Source: Octopus bimaculoides | Lineage: Eukaryota | Reading direction: 5' to 3' | NCBI RefSeq assembly: GCF_001194135.2 | Contig: NC_068982.1 | Coordinates: 29,664,973-29,719,105, forward strand | DNA length: 54,133 bases | Shown: positions 12,883 through 25,282 of the stretch, in pieces | Layout: each line of letters begins with the position of its first letter | Position numbering within the stretch: position 1 is the stretch's first letter | Translations under genes and position numbers: made by a program | Notes under the pieces: model-generated | What the model was told of the DNA's origin: nothing | Seen by the model: only the letters and a program-made list of their open reading frames with translations | The model's database searches: none

Positions 12883-15867
12883 AAGGATGTGTTATAAACA
12901 CTATTCCAATATATAAAAACAGCCATACCAACAAACCAACATATCTCCATCATCAGCTGCCCTACGGATATGTATTTAAATTACAGAGGAACAGGTGTCA
13001 CATAATCACATTCAATAGCTTACAGCTGTTTCTGCTATAAAGAATTGTGCACTCAGTAGTGAATGACAAAGTGTCATCATATAGTGACATCAGATCCTTG
13101 ATGTGAAGTGTGTCACATAACTTCTGCTTTTGTCATTTATCTCTTAATTAATATTGGGTCCTGTACTATTCTTCTGGTTTATATAGGTGTCCAGCAGTGA
13201 GGATTTTAGTAAATTGACACTAACTTTCAGCCAGAGTTTAGAAATACTGTGCATTATAGTATATTGATTGACATCTAACAACAATTATTATTTCTGTTAT
13301 GGCTAAGCAAAATTACTATTATCATCATCATCATCACCATTATCATTATTATTATTGCTATTCTTCTCCTTCTTATTGTTGTTACAGACACATACGCATG
13401 TATGCATACAGATTTGTGTGAGTGTATATCTATACACACACAAGTATACACTTGTATGTAGATAAATATATATATTCACATGTGTGTGTATAAAAGAGAA
13501 GAGAGTGAGTAGAGACACATAATACACAATAATCTGGTTTAGACATTTGTATCTTTTGCTTTGATTTCGTATAATTCAATCCCTTTAATGCTTTTGAGGT
13601 AATGCAGTTTTGGATCTGTTGTTCTTATTGGTTTTCATATATGAAAGGCTGAGAATAGCTAAATTTTGATGTCAATGAATTGTTTTTCCTTTGACTTGCT
13701 ACCATCTTCATAATTCAAGTGGAAATATAGAAACAAAACAAAGTTGAAAGAATAGTGAGTTATTGAATTGCTGCAGTAATAAATACAGTAAGTCAAGTTT
13801 TTAAAGAGATTTCATTTATTTTTGTATTCCTATAAACCAAAGACTTAAAGAGAGTGCTGCTTAAGAATGAAGCCTTGTTAAATTATAGTTTAGAGTAAGT
13901 AATTTTGTGATGCCATCTGCATGCATTAGATAAGTTAGTGTTAAGATGTTTAAAGTATGGAGTATTAAAATAATCATGTATTGAAAAGTGCATCAAGTAA
14001 ATAAGCAGCAAGGAGAAGATTTTTTAAAAATGGTATTCATAAATTTTTTGAAAATTTTAAGTAAATATGGGAGATAACTCTGAACATGCTTTAGACTTGT
14101 TCTTAACAAATCTCTTCAGTGAAATAGCTTGAACTGTACTTGTCAAGGTAGGGATGAATGAATTACTTAGCAAATATTCAAGAGTACACATTTGTTTAAA
14201 CATAGGGGAAATAGAATTGTTTAGAGATGAAATAAATCAAACTATAAGACATTATTGGCTGATCCTTACATCAACTTGAAATCAGTAAACAAGAAAGGTT
14301 TCTTCCCTAATATAAATAAAGATTTAATCATATTTAATGATAAAGGACATTTGCTCAAGATGCAGCACAATAGGACGGAAACTGAAGCCACATATCAGAA
14401 AGTGAACCAGATGGTTAAGCCTGTGCTTACATGCCCTGGACTAAATTATTCAAAGCATATTTCCATGATATGATGTGATGTGATCTGAAGAAGATATATG
14501 GCTACTATTTCCAGCAAATCAAGCAGCCATGTAGAGGTTCTCTTTCATTAAGAATTATAAAGTGGATGTAGTAAGAATCAGACAGATGAGAGGGAGCAGT
14601 GAAGGCTTTAACTGATAACATATTTCCTAATTATCCCTATTTATTAGTTCTATCAAACAATGAAGCATTGTGAATTCATTAAAGAGTCAATATTAATAGC
14701 CGTGAAATTACTATTTCTGATATTAAATATTGAAATATTGACCCAGTTTGGTATGTTAAGGAAATTTAGGAGAGAGAAAATAACATTAATTAGTTTCTAC
14801 AAAGAAGGTTTGCCTATGTTAATTAATTTGTAAGTGAAATATGTCCACTTCCACAATGTAAAATTTGCCTTTATTATTATTTTCATGTGGATCAACGTGG
14901 AGCTAGATTAATAAAATCAGTGATTTTTTCAACTTGTATAGAAGAGATAATATATTAAAGTATGCAAAACCTTTTGTCCATATCTTCAGCAATTCTTTTC
15001 AAAAGACATCATCAATAATGCTGAAGTAAAGATACTAAATATCCCAAGAAAATGTTTTGTGAATAATGTTTGAAGATTAATTTTTTTAATTTTTCTATTG
15101 TATTTTTTTTTTTTTTGTTTTTTTTCTTTTAACATAGCATATCATAAAGTCTCGGAAAGTGATTTTTATAGCCAGGAAAATTTTCTTCACCTTATTTTCC
15201 AAACTAATCTCTATAAAATTATCTATTCATATAATGAAAAATAAAAACATTGAAAAAAGAGGAATGTCAGTTTTGAGCTTTACTTCTGTCTATTATTTAT
15301 TTATTTTATTTAAAAAAAAATTTTTCTTTTAAAATTTTAGATGAGTCTATAAGTTACCTCCACTACTATGACAGCAGATACATTGATTAAATGCAGTGCT
15401 TCTGTGTTATGCTAAATAGAGCTGTTGCAATGAAAAGTCATCATTGCATAATGAAACCCTACTTCTAATGATTATAGTAATCTTCTTTCATTTCCTTACT
15501 GTCCTGTATAATACATCAGCCTTATGCATTCTTGAACCATTCCAATAACTTTGCAATTATTATTTTTTTTCTTTCTAATATAGGAAGTTGCTTGTAACTC
15601 ACTAAACTTTCATTTCTGGAGAAAGGTCAATGGCCTCTCACAATTCATTTTTGTTTTTCATTACACAACATTAGCTGATTCTGAGAAAGAGGGAGAGAGG
15701 TGGGGGGAGAAAAGGGGGAAAAACGAACTTCAGTATTTGGTTGGTAGTGACCCTAGATAGATAAAGAGTAAAGGTAGTTTTTGTGGGATTTAAACTCAGA
15801 CTGCAGAGAACAAAAACACACATGACAAGGCATTCTCTCTGACAGTCAAAGAAATCTACCAGTAAGC

Positions 15868-16242
15868 ATGACTGTGTGGTAAGAAGTCTGCTTCCCAACC
15901 ACATGGTTCCAGGTTCAATTCTCACTGTGTGACACCTTGAGCAAGTGTCTTTCACTATAACTTTGGGCCAACCAAAGCCTTATGGGTGGATTTGGTAGAT
16001 GGAAACTGAAAGAAGCCTGTCGTTTACATGTGTGTGTGTGTGTGTGTGTCTTTGAGTCTGGTTTTGTCCCTTGCTACTGCTTGACAACTGGTGCTGGTTT
16101 GTTTACATCCTTGTAATTTAGCAGATCAGTAAAAGAAAACAATAGAAAATAACAGTACTGGGGCTGATTCAATTGACTAAAATCTCTTCAAGACTGTGCC
16201 CCAGCATGGCCAGAGACTAATGACTGAAACAGATAAAAGATA
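15868..16242 (+). mobile_element. SINE family A, full length
   Basis: tRNA-like head with A/B-box-like motifs, internal (TG)n, tail ending GACTGAAACAGATAAAAG. Confidence 0.8.
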
Positions 16243-16349
16243 ACTTCTTAGTACTTAACAATTTTCTTCAAGTCTTTAGAAACAACATTACTGTCTCTAT
16301 GTATAATAATACATATACATATACTATATATAATACTTATACATACTTA

Positions 16350-16670
16350 TTATTTCAAGAGATATAATAGATATAAAGGCTAACCATAAAGCATTTATAT
16401 TGTTTTGCTATCATGAACCACAATATCTAGTTATCTCCAGGTAAAGTAAAGCTTGTTATAAACCATATTCATTCCTCTGTCAGCAATTACACTTTTGAAT
16501 TATCTCCAGGTATAGCAATGCTGGTTATAAATCATATATTTGTTTCTCCAACAACAACCTCATTATTAAGTTATCTCCAGGTATAGTAATGCTGATTACA
16601 AAACATTTTTCTATCTAGAATCATGATATCAACTTGTCCCCGGGTATATTAATGCTAATTACAAAATATA
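16350..16670. repeat. Degenerate ~63-71-bp tandem array with conserved 37-bp block
   Basis: TTATCTCCAGGTATAGYAATGCT..TTAYAAA at 16431, 16500, 16571, 16634 (weak copy at 16350). Confidence 0.75.
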
Positions 16671-16849
16671 TAGAGAGTTTGGACGGAGGAATAAGGTCAT
16701 ATAAATCTAACCAAACTCATGGTCATCATCAGAATCATTATTATTGTTATTATTAGTAGCAGCAGTATTAAGGTGGCAAGCTTTAATACTACTGGACAAA
16801 TGTTAACATACTGGACAAAAATACTCAGTAGTAGTAGTAGTAATAATAA

Positions 16850-17062
16850 AGCAGAGAGCTCATAGAATAGTTAGCACACCAAGCAAAATGCATTGTGGCA
16901 TTTCATCCATCTTTATGTTCTAAATTCAAATTATGCTGAGGTCAACTTTACCTCTCATCCTTTTGGGGTCAATAAGATAAGTACCAGTTGAGTACTGGGG
17001 TCGATGTAATCAACATAACGCCCTCCTCTTAACTAGCTGGTTTGTGCCAAAATTTGAAACGA
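16850..17062 (+). mobile_element. SINE family B (Nin/Deu-domain-like core), (ATT)n tail
   Basis: GAGGTCAACTTTACCTCTCATCCTTTTGGGGTCAATAAGATAAGTACCAG core, also present at 29088-29312(-) and 36845-37001(-). Confidence 0.75.
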
Positions 17063-17106
17063 TTATTATTATTATTGTTATTATTATTATTATTATTATT
17101 GTTATT

Positions 17107-17660
17107 GAGTGAGAGAGCAGTGCATGCCATCAAAGTGACACTGGGGTAAAATATATGAAGCCTAATATACCCATCATGACTACCCGTCTGATAAGGGTAC
17201 ACCAGGTATATGTATCACAACCATATGTGCGTGACATGTTGATCTCATGTCAAGATTAACAGCACATGACCTTGCAGGTGGGGGCCCAGTTAGAATTTCT
17301 TCAGATCAAGTAGCCCATCCCACTCAAGATGTCCCTGAATAAAGGTTGTTTAAGGATGTTGAACAAACCACCCATGTTCCCAAAGGTGAATTATCCAAAC
17401 CCCCAAAGAATTCCTCTCAACACATGGCTATGATGCACCCCCACTACTTCTGCTTGTGATCAGAGATGCACATATCATCAACCACCAAGGGACATGCTCA
17501 ACTGGTTAAGGTCAAACAACTGACAAGCAAATCTGTGGTATAAAGCAGAATATTTGCAGTAGCCCATCTTTTATACCAAGACAAAACAATGTACATGATA
17601 ACACTTCCAATCAGTTAAGATCAGAAGCCAAGTGAGCCACTACCTAGTATTGCATCAGGG

Positions 17661-17661
<1 letters not shown>
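17107..17661. mobile_element. Unclassified 555-bp interspersed element flanked by (ATT)n
   Basis: Higher GC than flanks, sharp boundaries, (ATT)n on both sides, no ORF recognised. Confidence 0.55.
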
Positions 17662-17747
<86 letters not shown>

Positions 17748-18131
17748 CAGTAGTAGATTTTTTTTTTTTTGCTTGTTTGATGAATGAATTTAAATTAGAT
17801 ACTGCTAGCTATCAAATAATGAATGAATTGCAGAAGAGAGAGAGTGAGCGGAATCGGAAAAACTAACACACCAAGAGTTAAAGATACTCTTTCTTGATCA
17901 TACAGACACATGCATACAATCATCCCCTGCTCCTGTACATTATCTTAATTAAAAAGAGAACCTTTGACAATGTTGTTAGCAACAGCACAGGATTAATTTG
18001 AGCATTAATAATATAAAAAAAAAAGGATTACAAAAAAAAAAGGAAGAAAAAATTTACAAAATTAATAACGATAAGAACAGTTAATAACAAACAAAAATAA
18101 TATCGTCATCAACAACAACAGCAATAATAAC

Positions 18132-18169
<38 letters not shown>

Positions 18170-18463
18170 AAGTTAGTGAAATAGCAGAATAGCACTGAAC
18201 AAAATGGTTCACCATAATTAAAACTCAAAGGATTTGACAAGAATGATTGTGTACAGTGACTTACTACATAGACACAATAAATACACATACATACATGCAC
18301 GCGCACATGCACACACACATGTACACATACATACCTGTGTCTTTTATACAATTACAGACACTTACACGTAGGCACAACACCTTCATTTTACACACCTACA
18401 GAAGTTGGTGTGAAGCTATTTAAGGCTGAAGAAAAAAGAATCCGTTTGAACTGTTTGCTTCAG

Positions 18464-18735
18464 TGATAATGATGATAATGATGATGATGATGATGACGAT
18501 GACGAAAGCAACAATGACACTGATAACAATCATGATGGTGGTGATGATGATCATGATGATGATCGTCGTGAAAATGAAGATGATGACAAGAACGGTAACA
18601 AAGATGACAACAACAACAACAACAATGACGATGACGACGATGGTAATAATGTTGATAGAGGTGGTGGTGGTGGTAGTGGTGGTGGTGGTGGTGGTGGTGG
18701 TGGTGGTGGTGGTGGTGGTGGTGGTGGTGGTGGCT
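18464..18735. repeat. Compound (GAT/AAC/GGT)n microsatellite
   Basis: Visible directly; explains the poly-M/V/P/T ORFs. Confidence 0.95.
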
Positions 18736-19039
18736 GCATTAGTGAGGGGTGTTGAGAGGGGGGGTAGGAACGGAGTGTTGTTTTTCAAATAAATATAAAT
18801 GAAACGGCAATGACTTCAATGCCGACGTTGAACAATTTTACTTGTAGCTGAAACCAAAATATTCATTAACAAGTTTTTTTTTTTTAAGAATTCCAACAGA
18901 ATTAGATGGATACTGCTTCTCTGCATGACAAGAGTATACAAAATTCAAAAGAAATAACTTAACTTTGTTTTCTTGCATAAATACAGCTACCAAGACATTA
19001 GACATGACAGGAATCACTTTCCTTCAGGCAACGGTATTA

Positions 19040-19302
19040 ATTCTTGGAGCTGTTAGTTTAGAAAACAAAACCTCATAACGTAGACCAAAGAAAGAAACTG
19101 ATACTCAGGAGATAGATTCGATAGAAATAACAGCCAAATCTCCCTCAAGTTACATGCTATTATCTTAGAAATGTACATACAGGATAATGTGGTCATGGGT
19201 GATGTAGAGCGCTTGGTAAATAAATGGAATGGTCACAACTGGGAAGTTTTTGATCCTTGGTCTGCTTGATCTGGATTGAACTGGGACTAAAGAACCAACA
19301 AT
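19040..19302 (+). mobile_element. Interspersed repeat family F ((CAA)n tail)
   Basis: TAGAAATAACAGCCAAATCTCCCTCA motif recurs at ~2750-2962, 20202-20375, 32100-32205, 35720-35912 and inverted at ~14470-14545; the family tail occurs inverted at ~27885-27950. Confidence 0.65.
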
Positions 19303-19399
19303 GATGAGAGGGATCCATTTCAGTGCTACTGACATTCTTACACATAAACAAATAAACACACACAGACACACACACACATTCAGATTACTTCATTTCGGA

Positions 19400-19835
19400 T
19401 ATGCTTTCACAATGATATTCCAAGTGTGGGTCATAGAATTGATATTCCAAGCATGGCATCATAGCTAGTCGGTGTCCTTTTTCCTTTGTAGTATCCCTCA
19501 TCTCACTTGAATATAAAAGCAGATGTAGGATATTACAGTTGAGGAGACTAGCACATAGAGTCTTGCTCAAATTAGCTTTGAGCACAATTATTATTGAGAA
19601 AAATGGAGCAGAGTCAATGATGTGATTTCTGAATATCAGAAGCACAAGTTCTTTTGGGTCAAACATATCACAAGGTTCACAGACAACTGGTGGACAAGTG
19701 CAGTTGCCAAGTGGTATTCAAAAGAAGAGGAAATAAGAGAAAAGACCCATATAATGAGGATGTAGTTAAACAGTCTAGACCAAAATGGAAAAGATGGACA
19801 CAATCAAGAAAGAGTTTGAAGCGCATTGTGACCAA
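19400..19835 (+). mobile_element. RTE LINE 3' remnant
   Basis: KHKFFWVKHITRFTDNWWTSAVAKWY resembles the RTE W.GH..R..D.RW motif; many stops. Confidence 0.6.
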
Positions 19836-19945
19836 TGATGTATAACCAGATCTGACAGTCTAATCGATACAGGTGATTATTCACATATATATATTGTAAT
19901 TGTTCCCTTGGATTTCTCCTATTAATTGTAAACTCCACATATGTA

Positions 19946-19992
<47 letters not shown>

Positions 19993-20695
19993 GTATATAT
20001 ATATACACACATACATACACATACATATGTATGTATGTATATATACACACATACATACACATACATATGTATACACACAGATAGATAGATACATACCTAC
20101 ATATATACATACATGTATATATACATATACAGGCTCTCACACACACACACACACATGTATGTATGTATATATGTATGTATGTATATTCATAATAAACAAA
20201 CTAAGGGAGTCTTGATACAGCCTCTTGACCTGCCAGAAATAGCAGCTGAATCTCCTTTAAATCACACACTACTGTCTTAACACAATGCAGTATCCAATTC
20301 ACAAAATTGTGAGAAGGTTAAAACTTCTAAACCTTGGTTCATAGGTCTACTGGATCAGGACTGACCTGCAGCAAAGAGATAATTCTCAGTGAAACAATTT
20401 CTCGGGTGAAGTATGTGAGAGATAACAAATTACTAAAATATTCCTTGACCGAAATCACAAGAGAAGCTTTAACAAGGCTTCATGAACAAGTTTGACACAT
20501 TGAGTGTTTTATTGTGACTATCAGTTAGGGAGATTCATGTTAAGTGTTAAGCAACAAATTCAAGCTATTGTTAAACTTGATTAGTCCTGATGTTCAAGTG
20601 TATATATATAAACACATGCTCGCACACACACACACACACACACATGTACATACATATACACATACATAGACACACATATTCATATATATCATCAT

Positions 20696-20748
<53 letters not shown>

Positions 20749-20765
20749 GCATGTGTGTGTGTGAG

Positions 20766-20796
<31 letters not shown>

Positions 20797-21813
20797 AAAA
20801 CCAATAGATATGTAAGTACATGTACGTATGTATACCATAAAAATGGATCTGTGTCTAGAATATCTGTTCATGAGTAACCAGTTATTTAATCAACCGAACT
20901 ACCAGGCATTAGTTTATCATAGAAGTGGCTGAGTATACTACAGATACGAGCAGAGCACCCTTAATGTAATTCTTAGGCAGAATCAGATAATAGTATGACA
21001 AATCTTCACCATTGTATTACAGGTACAATCCACCTGATGGTCTTCTATGCAATTTCTATGGAGCCATTTTCACTCACAAGTTATGGGTTGACCACAGGTT
21101 TCAGGAAATGGCACATTCCCAAGATGCTTAACAATAGAATCGAACCTGGGACCTCAAGGTTTTGAAAGAAATTCTTAACCATTTGCAGTATCAGTTGTAT
21201 CCCCATTGGCACTAATACACACACAAATTCTTCTTTTACTCTCACCCTTATCTCCTTTTCTAAGCAGACATACATCTACATATGCACATACTAGCATGCA
21301 CACACACACACATACATGTGTGCCTGTGTTTGTACCCCATGACTGCTTAACAACGGGTCATTTAAGAATCCATAAGTCAGCAAAAAATAGGCACTCATAT
21401 ATTTGTCAATAAAGTGTGTATACATACATCAAAACAGACTGTATTATAGAGCCATTACAGCTAACCTTACCAAATGATTTCACACCAATTGCTGAGCTAA
21501 TCTGTAACGTTAGATAAATAGGTGCTTATCTAATGTGTGTGATCTATATAATGGCTTAAGGAAGCTACAGGAATTTGCACATGCACTAAGCTCTGAGTAT
21601 ACTGCTATTTATAGCAGAAACAACTGTAAGCTAATGTAGGTGATTATGTAACTCCTTTTCTTTTGTCTTTCATTAATTGATATCATGCTCTGTATTCTCC
21701 TGATGCTTTACTCAGAAGCATAACTATATTGAGTTCTAACATCTAGTTATTATTACCACTGTGCTTAAGCAAACCATAATATATATATAAATACATAAGG
21801 ATTCATATGTTTG

Positions 21814-21847
<34 letters not shown>

Positions 21848-22199
21848 GATATATATAATTATGTACAATTCTTGGTATGTTTCATTGACGAAGGGAAAAT
21901 ATTTTCATACAGAGCCCAGGGTCTGGAATTATACAATTTTTATTAGTTTTTTTTATCTAAATAGATAAAAGACATATGTCTTTTCACCTTTTGCTGTATT
22001 GAATACATGATGTGATTTTAGGGTCAGGTTTTGACTGCTATTTCAAGCATGGTGTTATCTTTTAATACTCTTATTTATGATTTTAATATATGTATATATA
22101 TATATTGTTGTACTTGGGGATGGTCATATTGCCAGTTTAGCCAATAAAAACACACGCACTGTATATTTGGTGTTAATTTTTTTTTTTTTTTTTTCAGCT

Positions 22200-22445
22200 T
22201 TATATTACATTAATCTTAATCTTAATCTTATTTCGGCCAGAGTTCTTTCGTCACACTTCTGTGACCTCATCAGTGGTCCTTTGTTTCCTTCTTTCTTATG
22301 TGTGTCTCACCTTGCTAACTATCAGCCATTTTGTATTTTGTATTCCTATTGTATGTGTCTACGCATGCGTGTCCTTCAATGTGTCTGTGTCTTTTGTAAG
22401 TGCATGTGTGTATGGGGAGTGTCTGTATCACCTATATTCTCTGTT
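22200..22445 (-). mobile_element. Probable 3' UTR/pseudo-LTR of the same Penelope-like element
   Basis: Lies immediately downstream (minus strand) of the gap-interrupted GIY-YIG ORF, contains a hammerhead motif and ends in (AAGATT)n followed by a poly-A run. Confidence 0.65.
22235..22279 (-). ncRNA. Minimal type-I hammerhead ribozyme
   Basis: Minus strand GGACCA-CUGAUGA-G-GUCACA-GAAG-UGUGAC-GAAA-GAAC-UC-UGGCC: intact core, 6-bp stem II, stem I GGACCA/UGGCC, CUC cleavage triplet. Confidence 0.8.
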
Positions 22446-22904
22446 NNNNNNNNNNNNNNNNNNNNNNNNNNNNNNNNNNNNNNNNNNNNNNNNNNNNNNN
22501 NNNNNNNNNNNNNNNNNNNNNNNNNNNNNNNNNNNNNNNNNNNNNNNNNNNNNNNNNNNNNNNNNNNNNNNNNNNNNNNNNNNNNNNNNNNNNNNNNNNN
22601 NNNNNNNNNNNNNNNNNNNNNNNNNNNNNNNNNNNNNNNNNNNNNNNNNNNNNNNNNNNNNNNNNNNNNNNNNNNNNNNNNNNNNNNNNNNNNNNNNNNN
22701 NNNNNNNNNNNNNNNNNNNNNNNNNNNNNNNNNNNNNNNNNNNNNNNNNNNNNNNNNNNNNNNNNNNNNNNNNNNNNNNNNNNNNNNNNNNNNNNNNNNN
22801 NNNNNNNNNNNNNNNNNNNNNNNNNNNNNNNNNNNNNNNNNNNNNNNNNNNNNNNNNNNNNNNNNNNNNNNNNNNNNNNNNNNNNNNNNNNNNNNNNNNN
22901 NNNN

Positions 22905-23260
22905 CCTACATATGTCGTTGTCTTATTTCTGCATCGTCCCTCTGTACATCTTATACTATAGACCACATTTCTGGTTTTGCAGTTCGTTTGTGGGCTAAAT
23001 CTACATACGATACAGTTCCTATCAGTGCAGGGGGTTCTACTGAAAGGGTATGTTCTACTGATAAGGGATTTGATAGGGTTGCCTGGCCTTTCAACAACCT
23101 TAATTCTTAGCTTAAGTTTGTCTAGGGCCCTTCTAAAGCGGTACGCCAGTTCGCCTCTAGGGGTGGTGTCGACGAACATGACGCTTTGGTACTTGTGGCT
23201 ATTGTACCATGAGCTTGCCTTCCCTATTTTCTTCTTAGTTCTTTCTATGGTGTTCCATGA
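22905..23260 (-). mobile_element. Penelope-like retroelement, 5'-truncated ORF: end of RT/linker, Cys-rich linker and start of GIY-YIG endonuclease (interrupted by N gap 22446-22904)
   Basis: Stop-free translation SWNTIERTKKKIGKASSWYNSHKYQSVMFVDTTPRGELAYRFRRALDKLKLRIKVVERPG...PCTDRNCIVCRFSPQTNCKTRNVVYSIRCTEGRCRNKTTTYVG. NVVY...YVG matches the GIY-YIG motif pair; the Cx4Cx2Cx7C linker is typical of Neptune/Nematis/Naiad-type PLEs. Confidence 0.85.
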
Positions 23261-24111
23261 TTACATAAATTCATGTATGTATATATATATATATATGCAC
23301 ACACACACACATATATATATATACAACTACATATACATTCACATATACAAATGCACATATACATACACACATACACACACATACATACACATATACAAAC
23401 ACACACATATACATACACATACACACATGCATACATAAGATGTCATTCTGTTATGGTATAAATACATCAAAAACTTAAAAGATTAATCAATAATCATATA
23501 TTCACACACTCACACACACACACACAATTGTGCACACAAGTGCTCCTCCGTCCACCTTAACAACCATCTACATAGAAATATGATTGGCTACATTGATTTG
23601 CTAACTGCTTATCTTCATCTTTAGCAAGTGTTTTCGGGTTTGAGCACATAGAACCAAAACTATATTAATTCTATAAAAACCTCCTTATCAGAACAACAGA
23701 TTATTATAGTATATAGAAATCAAATTGTCACAAATAAGTACATTATATTATTTTTCATCTTACACAAATAAGTGCAAAAACAGGTGCAACCATAGCCGAA
23801 CAGAGTATTTACAAACAACTAGTAACAATACTCTTCAGATATATATATATATATATATATTTTCCCCTCTCTAACTGCTAACTTTTCCAGTCAAAAATGA
23901 CAGAAAAAGTAGACAAATGATTCAGAAGGATAATTTTTGTTATAGAAATATGTCATGTTTGAGATAAATTTGTCTGTGAATCGCAAGAGGCACATCTGTG
24001 ATGTGAAAAAATAATGAATTCTTAAACTTGCAAAATCATAGGTTTTGCAATCATGTGACTTATATTAAATCACTGTTTTCATCTTAAGGCTTTGCTACAT
24101 AGATATTCTTT

Positions 24112-24520
24112 TATTCTTCTATTCTTTTACACATTTCAGTCATTTGACTGTAGCCATGCTGGAGCACTGCTTTAAAGGGTTTTACTTTGTAAGCCTAGTA
24201 CTTATTCTATCAGTTTATTTTGCCAAACCGCTAAGTTACAGGGACATAAACATACCAAAATCATTTGTCAAATGATGGTGGGAGGGGGGACAAACACAAA
24301 CACAAAACACACACACATAAAGATACATACACATATAGGTGTGTGTATATATATATATATATGATGGTCTTTCAGGTTCTGTCTATCAAATCCAGTCACA
24401 CAGCTTTGGTTGGCTGGAGGCTATAGTAGAAGACACTTGCCCAAGATGCAATGCAGTGGAACTGAACCCAGGACCATGTGGTTGGGAAGCAAGCTTCTTA
24501 CCACACAGCCATGCCTGCAC
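24112..24520 (-). mobile_element. SINE family A, full length
   Basis: Collinear with 42400-42825. Confidence 0.85.
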
Positions 24521-25282
24521 CTGTATACAGTTTCATTTTTTTTATTTTTAAGGTATTCATCAAATGCTGTATTGAAACTAAATTTTGTTTGTAGGTGAAG
24601 GATAAAGAAATACTTTCTCTGTCAAGTCAAAAGAACATTGTAACTTTTAGAAAGAACTAATAAACATTCATATTTGGAGCCATAACAGACAAAAGAAATA
24701 TTTACAAAATGGAGCATGAAGAGATCAAAGTAACTGAAGGCAAATAAGAATATTTGCTAACCCATAATAAAACGAAAAAATTTAAAAATGTGTACAGTTT
24801 ATATCACTGAATCTGCATTGCAGAAATTTGCAATTATGAGGAAAATGACCAAAGAGGACCTCATCAGTGGTGGTACCATGAATACAGTACCCAGTATGTT
24901 CTGTAAAGAGGTTGGTGTTAGGAAAGACATCCAGCTGAAGACACTGTGCCAAAGCAGATATTGGAGTATAATAGGTTCCTCAGGCCTGTGTTGGATCCTG
25001 TGAAAACATCCTAAGAAGCAACATTTTTATTGAACCCACATAAAAGTTCAAATTAATGTTTTGATATTTCAATGTATTCAAGACTAAATTCTGTTATACC
25101 TATTTATAGTTATCTTGAACGATAAACAGGAATCCATTTTCTGCACATATTTCTTTTTGTTTCTTTATCTGTGTCCCTTTTACACAATAGTTCTTACAAT
25201 CCTATACATGTTAACCTCACTAGTGCTGGTGCAATGAATAAAAGCACTGAGTACACTCTGTAAAGTGGTTTACATTTGGAAG

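Noticed and set aside
14255-14473. 72-aa ORF (and similar short ORFs at 37988, 32395, 24788)
   Set aside because: No recognisable domain, short, expected by chance.
16431-16670. CRISPR array
   Set aside because: Eukaryotic context, no cas genes, repeats degenerate and spacers weakly related to each other.
17600-17661. Possible HDV-like ribozyme at the end of the 555-bp element
   Set aside because: Could not build the nested double pseudoknot by eye.
18420-18792. Poly-Met/Asp/Thr ORFs
   Set aside because: Compound microsatellite without convincing splice boundaries.
22290-22445. SECIS element in the PLE 3' region
   Set aside because: No AUGA/GA quartet stem seen in the sequenced part.
24857-24871. 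15-nt match to the 22263-22277 hammerhead core (CUGAUGAGGUC on minus)
   Set aside because: No stem II partner or GAAA follows; treated as chance.
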